This document shows positions 8,611 through 18,735 of a stretch of DNA of 64,000 nucleotides, one piece after another. Both the position numbers and the translations under genes were made by a program. Within the stretch, counting starts at the first letter, position 1, and every line of letters begins with the position of its first letter. The DNA comes from Caecitellus pseudoparvulus (Eukaryota; Protista; Bigyra: Bicosoecida). The DNA lies in contig CBFFRQ010000065.1 of NCBI GenBank assembly GCA_965644315.1, positions 62,001-126,000 on the forward strand, in the 5' to 3' direction. Under the pieces are notes generated by a model. It saw only the letters and a list, made by a program, of their open reading frames with translations. It did not search any database and was not told where the DNA came from.

Positions 8611-11160
8611 ATGGGAGGGACAAGTGCCGCCCCCTCAGGGGCGGGGCGCCCCCGCACGCCACACGCACATCCCACACCGTCCGATGACTCGTCAGCTGCT
8701 GCGGCGGTTCGGGTGGAGCTCGGAACTATGTCCAAGCAAAGCCAGCCAACAGGGGACCAGGGGACACCAGGAGCATCGTTGGTGGACAGCGATGACCAAG
8801 AGAGCCCTGTTGCTTTGAAGGATGACATGCTGCTGGATGCGGGGTACTTGCACAGCGTGTACGAAAGCTTGCCGGGAGGAGGCGGCGGGCAAGGGGACGG
8901 CGGGGCACTCTCACCACACGAGGACGCCTTCCGCGCAGCCCAGGAGAGCATGCCTCCTGGCTGGTGGATTAACCCCTACTGCTTGTTTCGCACCCGATGG
9001 GACCTAGCTCTCGTCGTCATCCTCTGCTACAACGGCTACGTGATCCCGCTGCGGCTCGCCTTTGAGCGAGAGGATCCCATGACGTCCCCTGTCTTCTGGC
9101 TGGACCGCCTCATTGACTTCATTTTCCTGGCAGACGTCGTGCTGAATTTCCGCACAGGCACTGTCACCAGGACTGGCCATGTGGTGTACAAGGACCTCAT
9201 GTGGCGGTACTTGACCAGCTGGTTCCTGCTGGACTTGGTCAGCGCAGTGCCGTACGAACTGGTGCTCCTGGCAGTCACAGGGGAAGTGTCCACCACCAGT
9301 GCCGCCTTGCAGGCCCCGAAGCTGCTTCGCACTGCCCGCATCTTCAAGGTGTTCAAGGTGCTGAAGCTGTTCCGCTTGGTGCGCTTGAAGCACATCTTCT
9401 CGCGGTTCGAAAAGGCCCTGGTGATCAAGCACTCCGTGTCAACTGTGATGAAGTTCTGCTGCAGCATCTTCTTCATTGCGCATTGGTGCGCCTGCATATT
9501 CTACGCCATTGGTGCGAACACGCAAGGTAGCTGGTTGGACAAGCAAGGCTTGTCCACCGTGGACGACCTGTCCACGCTGTACGTTGCCTCCTTCTACTGG
9601 AGCCTCTCCACCATCACCACCATTGGGTATGGAGACATCTCGGCGGAGAACCCTTCCGAGCGCCTCTTCGCATTGGCGGCCATGATCGTCGGCAGTGCGG
9701 GCTATGCATACGGCATCACCCACGTAATCACACTGGTGTCCAACATCAACTCAGACCGCATCGCTTTCCGGCAACGCATGGACCGCCTGAACACGTACAT
9801 GCGCTTTCGGAACCTGCCCAAGCCCCTGCAAGCAGACATCCGGAACTTCTTCTACGAGCGCAGCGGCGGCGAGAACTGGCATGAGCTGCTGAAACACGAA
9901 CGGGAGATTCTGAACGACCTGTCCCCCCTGCTGCGCACGAAGGTGGCCTTGCTGGTGAACAAGCGTGTCATCGAAGCCGTGCCCTTCTTCGCGAACTGCC
10001 CTCCTCGTTTTGTCATGGACATCCTCATGGCGCTGAAGCCAGAGTACTTCCCGCCCATGGAGTATGTGGTCCTGGAGGGGGACGTGGCGGACCGCATGTA
10101 CCTGGTGGCCAATGGTCGTGTCGACGTGCTCAAGTGGGGGGCCTACCGTGTGTCTCAGCTGGGACCAGGGTCGTACTTCGGGGAAATGGCCTTGCTCAAC
10201 CCACCGGACAAGTCGCTGCGCTGCGCGTCTGTGCGCACCACCACGTACGTCGACTGCCGTTCCTTGTCATACGACGCTCTGGAGCGCGCCTTGGCGCGGC
10301 ATCCTCAAGTACGGGAAGGCGTACTGCGGCAGTTCGTGAAGCACGCCACTCGACGCCGCCGCCGCCTTGCGGAGCTCATGAGCCGATGGAGCGCCTCTGA
10401 CGAGGCAGCTGCGCGGCTGTACCAAGACGAGCGCATGCACAAAGTTGTGCACGTACAAGTGGAGGAGCAGGGCACGCTGCGCAGTTTCTACCGCAAGTCC
10501 GGGCTGGCATCCGGCAACATTCGAGACCGCAGGACGCCCGCCGGCGCATTTGCCCCAGAAGAAGGCATGCCTTGGGGCGACTCTGACCAGTCTGGAGATG
10601 TTGACATTGCATTGCTGCCTGGGGAGCGAGAAGACCAGCCAGGCCCTCGCCGGGCCGCCAGCATCAGGCGCCTGGCCACCTCAGCAAGGCTGCAGCCAGC
10701 ACCCCCCGTCTCCCCCGAGGAGTGCACGGCTCAAGATCTGCGCCGGGCCCTTGAGCGCACTGCATCGGGTTTCACGCCGACGAGCAGCGGCAGCGCCTTC
10801 CACGTTCCCCACAGCCAGCAGGTGGACAGGGCTGGTGGCTCACAAGCTGCCCCCGCCCAGGCAGCCACACCTTCCGGCGTCTCCCTGGCTGCCGCACGAG
10901 GCACAGGCTATTCCTCGACTGGGACATCTTCTCGAGCGACCTCTGTGCGCACTTTCAGCGCGTCAGAGGAAGGGAGCTGCTGCATGCCCGTGTCCGCCGC
11001 AGCCAGTTCCAGCGTTAGCCAGGCTGCTACGCCGCCTTCTGAGCCAGTCACTCCAACAACGACGCTCGCACAGCAGGTATCAGACTTGCGGCTGCACGTG
11101 GAGAGGCTCAGCCAGACCCTTGCTCGCATGGAGGTCGCTCTGGAGGCAGCTCAAGTGTGA
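8611..11160 (+). CDS. Cyclic-nucleotide-binding-domain voltage-gated K+ channel (KCNH/HCN/CNG superfamily)
   Basis: Six TM segments, a long basic S4 (KLLRTARIFKVFKVLKLFRLVRLK), pore TTIGYGD, C-linker, CNBD FGEMALL...RCASVR and a C-terminal coiled coil. The start ATG at 8611 is inferred. Confidence 0.9.
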   Translation: MGGTSAAPSGAGRPRTPHAHPTPSDDSSAAAAVRVELGTMSKQSQPTGDQGTPGASLVDSDDQESPVALKDDMLLDAGYLHSVYESLPGGGGGQGDGGALSPHEDAFRAAQESMPPGWWINPYCLFRTRWDLALVVILCYNGYVIPLRLAFEREDPMTSPVFWLDRLIDFIFLADVVLNFRTGTVTRTGHVVYKDLMWRYLTSWFLLDLVSAVPYELVLLAVTGEVSTTSAALQAPKLLRTARIFKVFKVLKLFRLVRLKHIFSRFEKALVIKHSVSTVMKFCCSIFFIAHWCACIFYAIGANTQGSWLDKQGLSTVDDLSTLYVASFYWSLSTITTIGYGDISAENPSERLFALAAMIVGSAGYAYGITHVITLVSNINSDRIAFRQRMDRLNTYMRFRNLPKPLQADIRNFFYERSGGENWHELLKHEREILNDLSPLLRTKVALLVNKRVIEAVPFFANCPPRFVMDILMALKPEYFPPMEYVVLEGDVADRMYLVANGRVDVLKWGAYRVSQLGPGSYFGEMALLNPPDKSLRCASVRTTTYVDCRSLSYDALERALARHPQVREGVLRQFVKHATRRRRRLAELMSRWSASDEAAARLYQDERMHKVVHVQVEEQGTLRSFYRKSGLASGNIRDRRTPAGAFAPEEGMPWGDSDQSGDVDIALLPGEREDQPGPRRAASIRRLATSARLQPAPPVSPEECTAQDLRRALERTASGFTPTSSGSAFHVPHSQQVDRAGGSQAAPAQAATPSGVSLAAARGTGYSSTGTSSRATSVRTFSASEEGSCCMPVSAAASSSVSQAATPPSEPVTPTTTLAQQVSDLRLHVERLSQTLARMEVALEAAQV

Positions 11161-11694
11161 CATCCTCCTCGCCATCCGAAGAGCTTGCGTCACTGGCAAA
11201 CACCGCGCCCAAGCTTGCCTTGAATGCACTCAACTCCGCTTCAACAGCCTGCTGGGCAGTCCTGTGCCGGTCATGGAACCCCTGGACCAGCGCCGCCACG
11301 TCTTCGTCAGGTTTGGAGTCCAGGGTGCTGCGAGATGTGAAAAGGTCTGTGAGCTGCGAGCCCGGGCCAGCAACCTGACGCTACGATGAGGGGCGCACGC
11401 ACGTGATGAGATCCATGGGCACCTCCAGGTCAAGCTGTTCGCTTTCCGCTTCAACTGCACTCAACCCCGCAATGATGTTGTTCCTGCAGCACCAGCAGGC
11501 TTGCATGTGTGACCAAAATGGTGCATGCGATTTCCGCAGCGCACGCTGCCTTACAGGGCTTCGTGCAGGGGCTTGAAGTCTTTCCGCGTGCTGGACTCAG
11601 TCGTGTTCTGTGCGAACTCCATTGCCACTGCGATGGATGCCACAGTGCCTTCCAGGGCCTCTTGCAAGGCCGGCAAGTGCCCTGCGTTGGCCAT
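11108..11694 (-). CDS. MED10: Mediator subunit 10 (Nut2)-like; exons 11694-11555, 11483-11403, 11327-11108
   Basis: The spliced 146-aa product contains LNNIIAGLSAVEAESEQLDLEVPMDLITTLD, matching the Med10 pattern LNxIVxGLxxIDxxxxQLxDxxVPxEVxxYID. Two GT-AG introns with consistent phases. Confidence 0.72.
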
Positions 11695-12070
11695 GTCAAC
11701 TGTGCTCAGCCAACCTGCACTGCTGGTGAGGCCAAGTGCCGGCCTAAACGCTGGCGGCTACCCAGATTGAATGACAGAAGTGTGCGAGTTACGAGGAGTG
11801 GGGTGTTTTGCGTGTGTGTGGAGGCATGCAATTGCTGGCAACAGCCGCTCAGCAAAGTGTATCCCAGCCTCTTGCCGTGGGCCCGGCCCTCCCGAGCAAA
11901 ACCGGAGATTCACCACAATCCTCCCCCCACTCCACTACCCCACCGAGATCAAGGGATGCCCAGCAGCGGCCGCTTCGCTGTGCTTGGAGTCCTCCCCTGT
12001 GTCTGGTTTGGTGCGGAATTCGAGAGCTGTGCCAGTCCGGGCGCCAGACGACAGCGGACTGCAGGCCACG
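11695..12070. promoter_or_regulatory. Putative bidirectional promoter, MED10/SPT4
   Basis: Divergent ATGs about 375 bp apart. Confidence 0.5.
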
Positions 12071-12903
12071 ATGCAGGGCAGTCAGCTGGTGTATGTGCCG
12101 CCACCAAAGACCACAAAGAACCTCAGAGCGTGTTTGACATGCAAGCTGATCAAGTCCCCCGCCGACGTGAGTTGGGCCAATGCCTGCAGGCAGCACACGG
12201 TGGTGCACACACACCCTGTCCCTCGGCGCAGTTCAAGAGCCGACTCTGCGACAACTGCGTGCCTGCGAGCAGCTACCACACACAAAAAGAAGGCGAGCGG
12301 GCGGATTGGGTGCTCCAGAACACGACCTCTGAGTTCGATGGGTGCGTGAATCCACCGCCCCGCACCCTACGCCGAGTTCCACAACGTTACTTTGCGCGGC
12401 TGCTCAGGTGCATTGCAATGCTGAATCCAGATGGCTCCTGGGTGTCCAGGTGGCGGAACATGGCAGACATAGACGACTCAGGAAGGAAGGTCCCTTTCCT
12501 CCCTGGCCTGTACGCGGTGGAGGTGGTGGGCGGGCAGACCCTGCAAGAGCAGGACGAGTACGGCGACGGGGAGGGGGAGGAAGACGACTTCATCGACCAC
12601 AGCGAGGACGCGGGCGTGGGGGCCTCCTCCAAGCTGGATGATGACGAGGAAGACGAAGACCTCACCGCCTCCCTGCTCCTGCCGCCGCGAGCCAGCGGCG
12701 CTGGGCAGGCACCAGGCAGGCCAGGTGCCGAGGAGGACAGCGAAGACGACGGCGACTTCGTGGGCGACTCAGATGCCGGCAGCGGCGGCAGCGGTGAGAG
12801 TAGTGATGACTCCGGCAGTGAAGACGATCACGCTTTGGGCAAGGCCCGTGCGTCAGCGGCAGTGCAGGAGGACGCCGACTTGGAAGACGACGACGACTTC
12901 TGA
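12071..12903 (+). CDS. SPT4: Transcription elongation factor Spt4 (DSIF small subunit) with a long acidic C-terminal extension; exons 12071-12166, 12232-12341, 12408-12903
   Basis: LRACLTCKLIK...CDNC zinc finger, TTSEFDGCIAMLNPDGSWVSRW and PGLYAVEV. Confidence 0.9.
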
Positions 12904-12946
12904 GCATGACTGACGCTGGACAAGGCGGCAAGCATCACACACGAAT

Positions 12947-15900
12947 TCATTGCAGAGTGCTGGGTGCGCTGGGCGTGCCGTGGCCCACGACGCTGCCGTG
13001 CCCTGGCAAGGGCGGCAGGGAGGCACTGGGGGACTCGGGCGTCTGGCCGCGCGCCGCGGCAGCATCCTCCTCCTCCCCAGCGCTGCCCCACAGGTCCTCC
13101 TCTATGACCTCTCCCGAGGACCGCATGGCCCACCCGCCACTGCCAGCAGCTGCAGTCGCAGGAGGAGATGCCAGGGGGGGGAGGGGGCCCACCGGCCCAC
13201 TGGCCTCCCTTGACTCTGGTCTCTCCTCTGGCTGGGCAGCGGGAGGGGGGGGCAGAGGGGGTTCGCCGCCCCCCCACCCAGCCTCTTCATCCATCTCCCC
13301 CCCATCTTCCAAGGAGTGCCCCGTCGTGACGGGGGCTGGGGACATGCCCTGCCGCGACGCCCCACTGCGCGAGCCACTGCTGGTGCCAGGCCCATCCAGC
13401 CCTGCGCCATCAGCCTCTGGCGACCCCTCTTCCTCAGACGAGGTGGAGTGGTGCGAGGCCACCGACGACTCAGGCGGGACATCTGGTGTCGGCGCAGCGG
13501 CTGGCATGGCAGCTGCATGGGCAGGGCTATGGTGAAAATCCGACGCTGGCGCGGTGGCCACCGCATCGGGGGGAGGGTGCTCTGGCACTCGCGCACTGCT
13601 GGCAGTGCTTGGGTCGCGCCTCACAGACATTTCAATCTCTACATCTTCCTCCTCGGGCGCCGTGCGCATGGGCTTGACGACCTTGGCAGAGGAGGGCGCT
13701 ACACTGGCCGGTGCGGCGGGCTTGTCCCGCGCTGGGGTGGGGTCAGGCGACGGGGGCACGTTGGCTGACGCCGCTCCTGCAGCGGCAGCGAGGCCAGCGA
13801 CAGTGCCCGCTGCCCGTAGGCGCCTGCGGGCGATGGCATCCTGCTGCAGCTGCTTGCTGATTTCATCCTCCACGACATCCTCGAACTGGTCCCCCCACAG
13901 GCGATTGGGCAGGCGCTTGAAGCCCAGGATGGAGCCGCCCCACCCACACATGCACTGAGAGAACCCAATCAAGTACCACGATGCGACGAGCCAGTACAGC
14001 GACGTCATGCCGTCGCAGCAAAATGCCTCCTTGACGGGGTGGACACCTCGATCGTTCAGAGCCGTGCAGCCCAGGGAGCCCTGCATGCGCCCGATGAAGT
14101 CGCCCAGCGCATCGGAGCTGTTGCCTGCTGCACTCCTCAGCACAGCTGCCAGGTTCTCTCGGATGGCTCCAGGGGACCCTTGGCTGGACTTGATGGTGGC
14201 GTTCACTTCAGTGACGGGGCGGGCGGTGACGCTGGCCTGCAGCTCCGCATACAGGCCCTCCACCACGTTGGGGAAGGCGTCACAGTCGCCCAGCAGGGCC
14301 CCCAGGGTGGAGGCCACATCCACCTCCACGACGTTGCCAGAGCCGGTGGCGTCGTACAGGCACGCGCCAGTGGTGGTGTTGTACGTGCCGCCGACGAAGT
14401 TGACGCAGACACCATGGGAGGACGCCTGCGCTGCCGTGTACATGGCGTTGGCACCGCCCCTGCAGAAGTCGTGCCCGGCGATGATGAGGGGAAAGAACAG
14501 CGCCCCGATGAGGACAAAGATGATGGGTGCGCAGCATGAGATGCACAGCATGGAGGCACACATGGGGTACGAGTGCCAGTGCTTGCCAGCCAGGACCAGC
14601 GCCGGCACCAGAGCTGTGAAGGCCATGAGCAGGGGGATGAGGTAAGGCAGGAAGGTTGCAGCTTCACGGGAGACGGTCAGGGGGAGGAAAGCGAAGTCCT
14701 CGGAGTCTGTGAGGGGCCCCTTGTTCCACTCGTCGATTTGGTTGTTGATGCAGTGCAGGGAGACGCACCAGCGCCCGTCAGCCCACTCCTCCCCTGCAGC
14801 ATTGCGGAACAGGGCCCCGCCGCTGGTGTCCACGGTCTCAGGATCCACGGCGCACACGATGCCATCAATGCACGGCTCGCTGGGGGGGTTGTACACTGCT
14901 AGGAGGAAGTGGTACGGCCCATGCCGGGAGTACCGATCCGTGGCGATGGCATCCACCCGGTCCAGGACAGAGGACGCGTTCAGCTCGCCTTCCACTGACA
15001 ACCCGATGAAGGAGCCGTTGTCGCCCTGGGAACCGTCCACGACCAGGCCCTCTGCGATGGAGTTCGTGGTGTTCAAGAAACTATCAGCCACTGCTGCTAC
15101 CTCAGTCAGCAGGGCACGCAACCCTTGCTCCTCGGCGATGCCGCGCAGACGAGACGCGGACAGCAGGGCTACGTCGCTGGCCATGCCGCCGGCCGTGAAG
15201 AGGTAAGCAGCCAGCTCGTCCAGAGCCGCATCAGCGTCTGCCGCCTGCTGCTCCAGCTCCCTCACCTGCTCCACAGTGCCGTTGGTGTCTGCAGCATTGC
15301 CGGTGAGGGAAGAGACGTCCAGGTCAATTGCAGCCTGGGCGGCAGCAATGGTGCTCTGCACTCCCTCAAAGCCCAGCGTCTCCGCGCTCAGCTCATCTGA
15401 CACAGACTGCAGCTCTGTGACTGTAGAGGCAGGATCGATGTCGCCGATGGCGTCTTGCAGGTCGCGCGTGTCGTTCTGAGCCCGTGCCAGGGTGGGCAGC
15501 AGGGAGGCAACGGCGCCGCCGGACGCACGCAAGGCACCAGGGAGGGCAGCGGGCGGCGCTAGGCCCGGCGCGACCGTGGCGTAGGAGGTCAGGGCAGCCT
15601 CTGCCGCGACGAAGCTAGCATTCTGGAAGAGGCAGGCGCTGCCACCACACGGGGCATCGGACGTGCACGACGTGGCGCTGTCGGCGCACACCTTGGTGCC
15701 AGTGATGCAGGGACCCAGCGCTGCACAGCTGCCGGCGGTGAACTCGTCGCACACTATGGACAGGTCCAAGGAACACCTGCCAGCTTCATGCCAGACGATG
15801 TAGTCTGCAAGGCCCTGGGAGAGAGCGGCCGTAGCTGTGGCCACGATGCTGGAGGCGTTGCGGAGGGCTGCGATGAAGGGGCCGTTCGCTTGCGCGTCGG

Positions 15901-18359
15901 GGTCAGCCAGCGTGTCCCGGCTGTCACTCAGAGCGGCAAGGGAGCCACCTGAGCTGGCGTTCTGCGAAGGGGAAGAGGGGGGGGGGTTGCAGCGCTGCAA
16001 GCACGGAGGCAGTCACGGGACACGTACCACAGAAGCCTTGCCATCCCCGAAGGCTTCCAGCTCGAATTCCTTGCTGGCCAAGTCGATGGCAAGGTTTTCA
16101 GGCCGGGAGGCGTTGTAGGAGGCGTTCAGGGCCAGGCTGGCGTTGTTCAGAACCTCCACAGAGTCCAGGGCCTCCTGTGTGGCGTTGGCTGCGGCCTCCC
16201 GGGCCTCATCCAGTGCTGCCGCGGCCGAGTCACGGGTGTCCACCAGGGCTTCAAAGGAGCTGTTCAGGGACGAGAACACGTCAGGCACCTGCACGATGGA
16301 CTCGTTCAGGCCCTGGACGCCCTGCAGCACTGCCGAGGCACAGGCCGACGTTGCCAGGAGGGCGTCCAGGGCGTCCAGCTCGTTCTGCAGGATGGTGAAG
16401 TTGGGTTGGATGAGCAAGCTGCCGTTGAGAGCGTCCATGGAAGCAAGCAGGGCAGGCACGGGCACGTCCTCCACGAAGCGGCGGATGGCCTGCAGCGACG
16501 CGTTCAGGGCCTGGGTGGTGGGCAGGGTCGCAGTAATGGCAGCCACAGCCTCTGTGGCATTGCCCACCACCGCGACGTCGCCGCTGGTGTCCACCAGTGC
16601 GGCTTGCGCGGCATTCAGAGCTTCCAAATTGTCTGCCAATCGGCCCAGGTCCCCCCCTGCTGCAGCAAAAGCGGCAAAGGAGGCGTTCAGGCTGGTCAGC
16701 GTGCCCACATTGGCATCGCGGCGACCCCACTCAGCGCTGGCTGTGTCGCCTCCCGAGTCTTGATCTCGCTCCGCTGCGTCAAAGGCACCTGCCCCCGCAT
16801 TTGCGTCGGCTGCCGATGGCAACAGGGAGAGGCTGTCCACATCATCAGCTGTGGCATTGGCGCCGGAGGAGGGACTTGCAACGATGCTGGCATTGCCGTG
16901 CAGGCGACTCAGAGCGCCGCGCAGCAGTGTCAAGTTCCCCTGCAGCTGTGGCTCGACTGCTTCAATGTCGGAAAACAGCGCCTGGCCCTGGGCCACGTCA
17001 GCGTTGCCCTGCACCACGGAGGCATTCAGGGCAGCGAGGTCTGCCTCCACCTGCCGCAGGGAGGCATTCACTGCGCCGGTCTGGGCCAGCAAGTCGTCCA
17101 CGAAGGCGATTTGCGCTGCAGGGGAAGGCAGGCACCCCCCTAGCCCTTGCACGACGCAGTCCATGTTCTGCTGCAGAGCGGGCACGGACACCGCGGCGGT
17201 GATGGTGCCGTTCATGGCCAGCAGCCCCGTAGCGATGACGTTGCTGGCGACGTCGATGACGAGCTCCTGCGTGGGCATGGCTAGGCTTTGCACGGACTGC
17301 ATGACGCCGGTGGGTGCCGCTGCCAGGGTCTTCTGCGCCTCCGTGAGCCCATAGTTGCCGCGCTCCTGCCCCACGATGACGAAGATGATGACGAGGGAGG
17401 CGTACAGCACCAGCAGGCCCCGCGTCAACCACCGGGAGCGGGGGGGGTACGCCACCCGCTGCTTGGCAAGCTCCTCCTGCTTGGCGGGATCCAGGGGCTC
17501 GCCTGAAGCCTCGCCGCCCGGGGCGCCGCCGGCGGGGACGACGCTGCTGGAGAGCTTCAGAGGCAGTGCCTCCACTGGCAGCACCTCAAACCCCAGGCGG
17601 AGGCAGCCATGCCCTTCCCACAGGGTTGGCTGGGATTGACCACACGTGCCGTACCGGCCACAGCAGCAGCAACAGAAGTGCCGCAGCAGCAGCGTGCAGC
17701 AGGTGCAGGTGCCGAAGGCCACCGCCAAGAAAATGGCGAAGGCAGCGTAGATGGCAAGGCTCTCGCCCCAGGAGACAATGTTGGACTTATCAGCGCCGCT
17801 TCCTCCCAGAACTGCACTGGTGTCCACCTCTGCGAGCTTGCAATCGGGGTCCGACCCTTCCGGGGCTGCGTGGAAACGCGCGTGCACGGTGGCGACAGGC
17901 AGCGGCGATCAGGCACATGCACCGCGCAGCGCACCTTCGGAACACGTGTACACGGGGTCATATGCTCCAAGGTTGGAGGAGACGAGGAACACTTGGCGAT
18001 TGATGCGGGGAATGCCGTCCAAGGCCTGCGCGAAGGGGGACAGCACCTCGTCGCATGCGATGCTCAGCTGATCCAGAGCCCGACGAGCAATCGGCGAGCA
18101 GGTATCGCAGCGCCCCGACGCGGCTCAGGCAAGTGACTCACATTCACATCATCTCCTCGCTCACCTGCGGGGCAAGGTGCAGGGGGACGGCGGCGTGCGG
18201 CTGACTCGTTCCGCAATGTAACCTTGCCGAAACGCTGCTGTGACACGCACAAGCCTTGCAGGTGACGGGGCCGTCCTCTGGAGGGCACTCGTCTCCAAAA
18301 CCGACCGAGAACAATGCCAAGCAACACAGAATCGCAGTGGTGGGCGCTGGCCACTTCAT
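12947..18359 (-). CDS. Giant prominin/Tweety-like pentaspan membrane glycoprotein (about 1705 aa); exons 18359-18251, 18164-18142, 18067-17935, 17865-16028, 15961-12947
   Basis: Signal peptide MKWPAPTTAILCCLALFSVGFG. TM1 is followed by a Cys cluster (RHFCCCCCGRYGTCG). Then TM2, a very long helical loop rich in N-x-S/T sequons, TM3/TM4 followed by DFC, a second loop, TM5 with FKRL, and a disordered tail. All five exon phases are consistent. Confidence 0.7.
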
Positions 18360-18735
18360 CGTGGCAGCTGCAGCGTGTCTTTCGGCGAAGCGGGCGGCTG
18401 GCCACAAGCTTCGTCGGCGAGCCCAGCCGGGCGCCAGCCCTAGCAAGCGAGGCAGCGCCGCAGTCACGACACGGGCAATGACAAGCGGGGCAGGACTGAG
18501 ATGCTGTCCCGTACAAGTTTGTGTTTTCATTTGTAGGCGGCAAACGGTTGGACAGCTTCTGCCCTGCTGCTTTCGAGGGGGTGCTCACACCTGACCGGCT
18601 TCCACGGCCCCCCCCACCGCGCGCACTGCTGAGCCAGAGAGCGTGCCTGTGCCTTGCCCCCACCAGATGGCCTCGGTGCTGCCACATTAAAGCTGCCACA
18701 TGGGCGCCTGCGACCTGTCTGTGCACGTGTCCCAG

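Noticed and set aside
12947-17887. Two separate ORFs, or a frameshift/readthrough at about 16000
   Set aside because: A canonical 66-bp GTACGT...CGCAG intron (15962-16027) joins them in frame.
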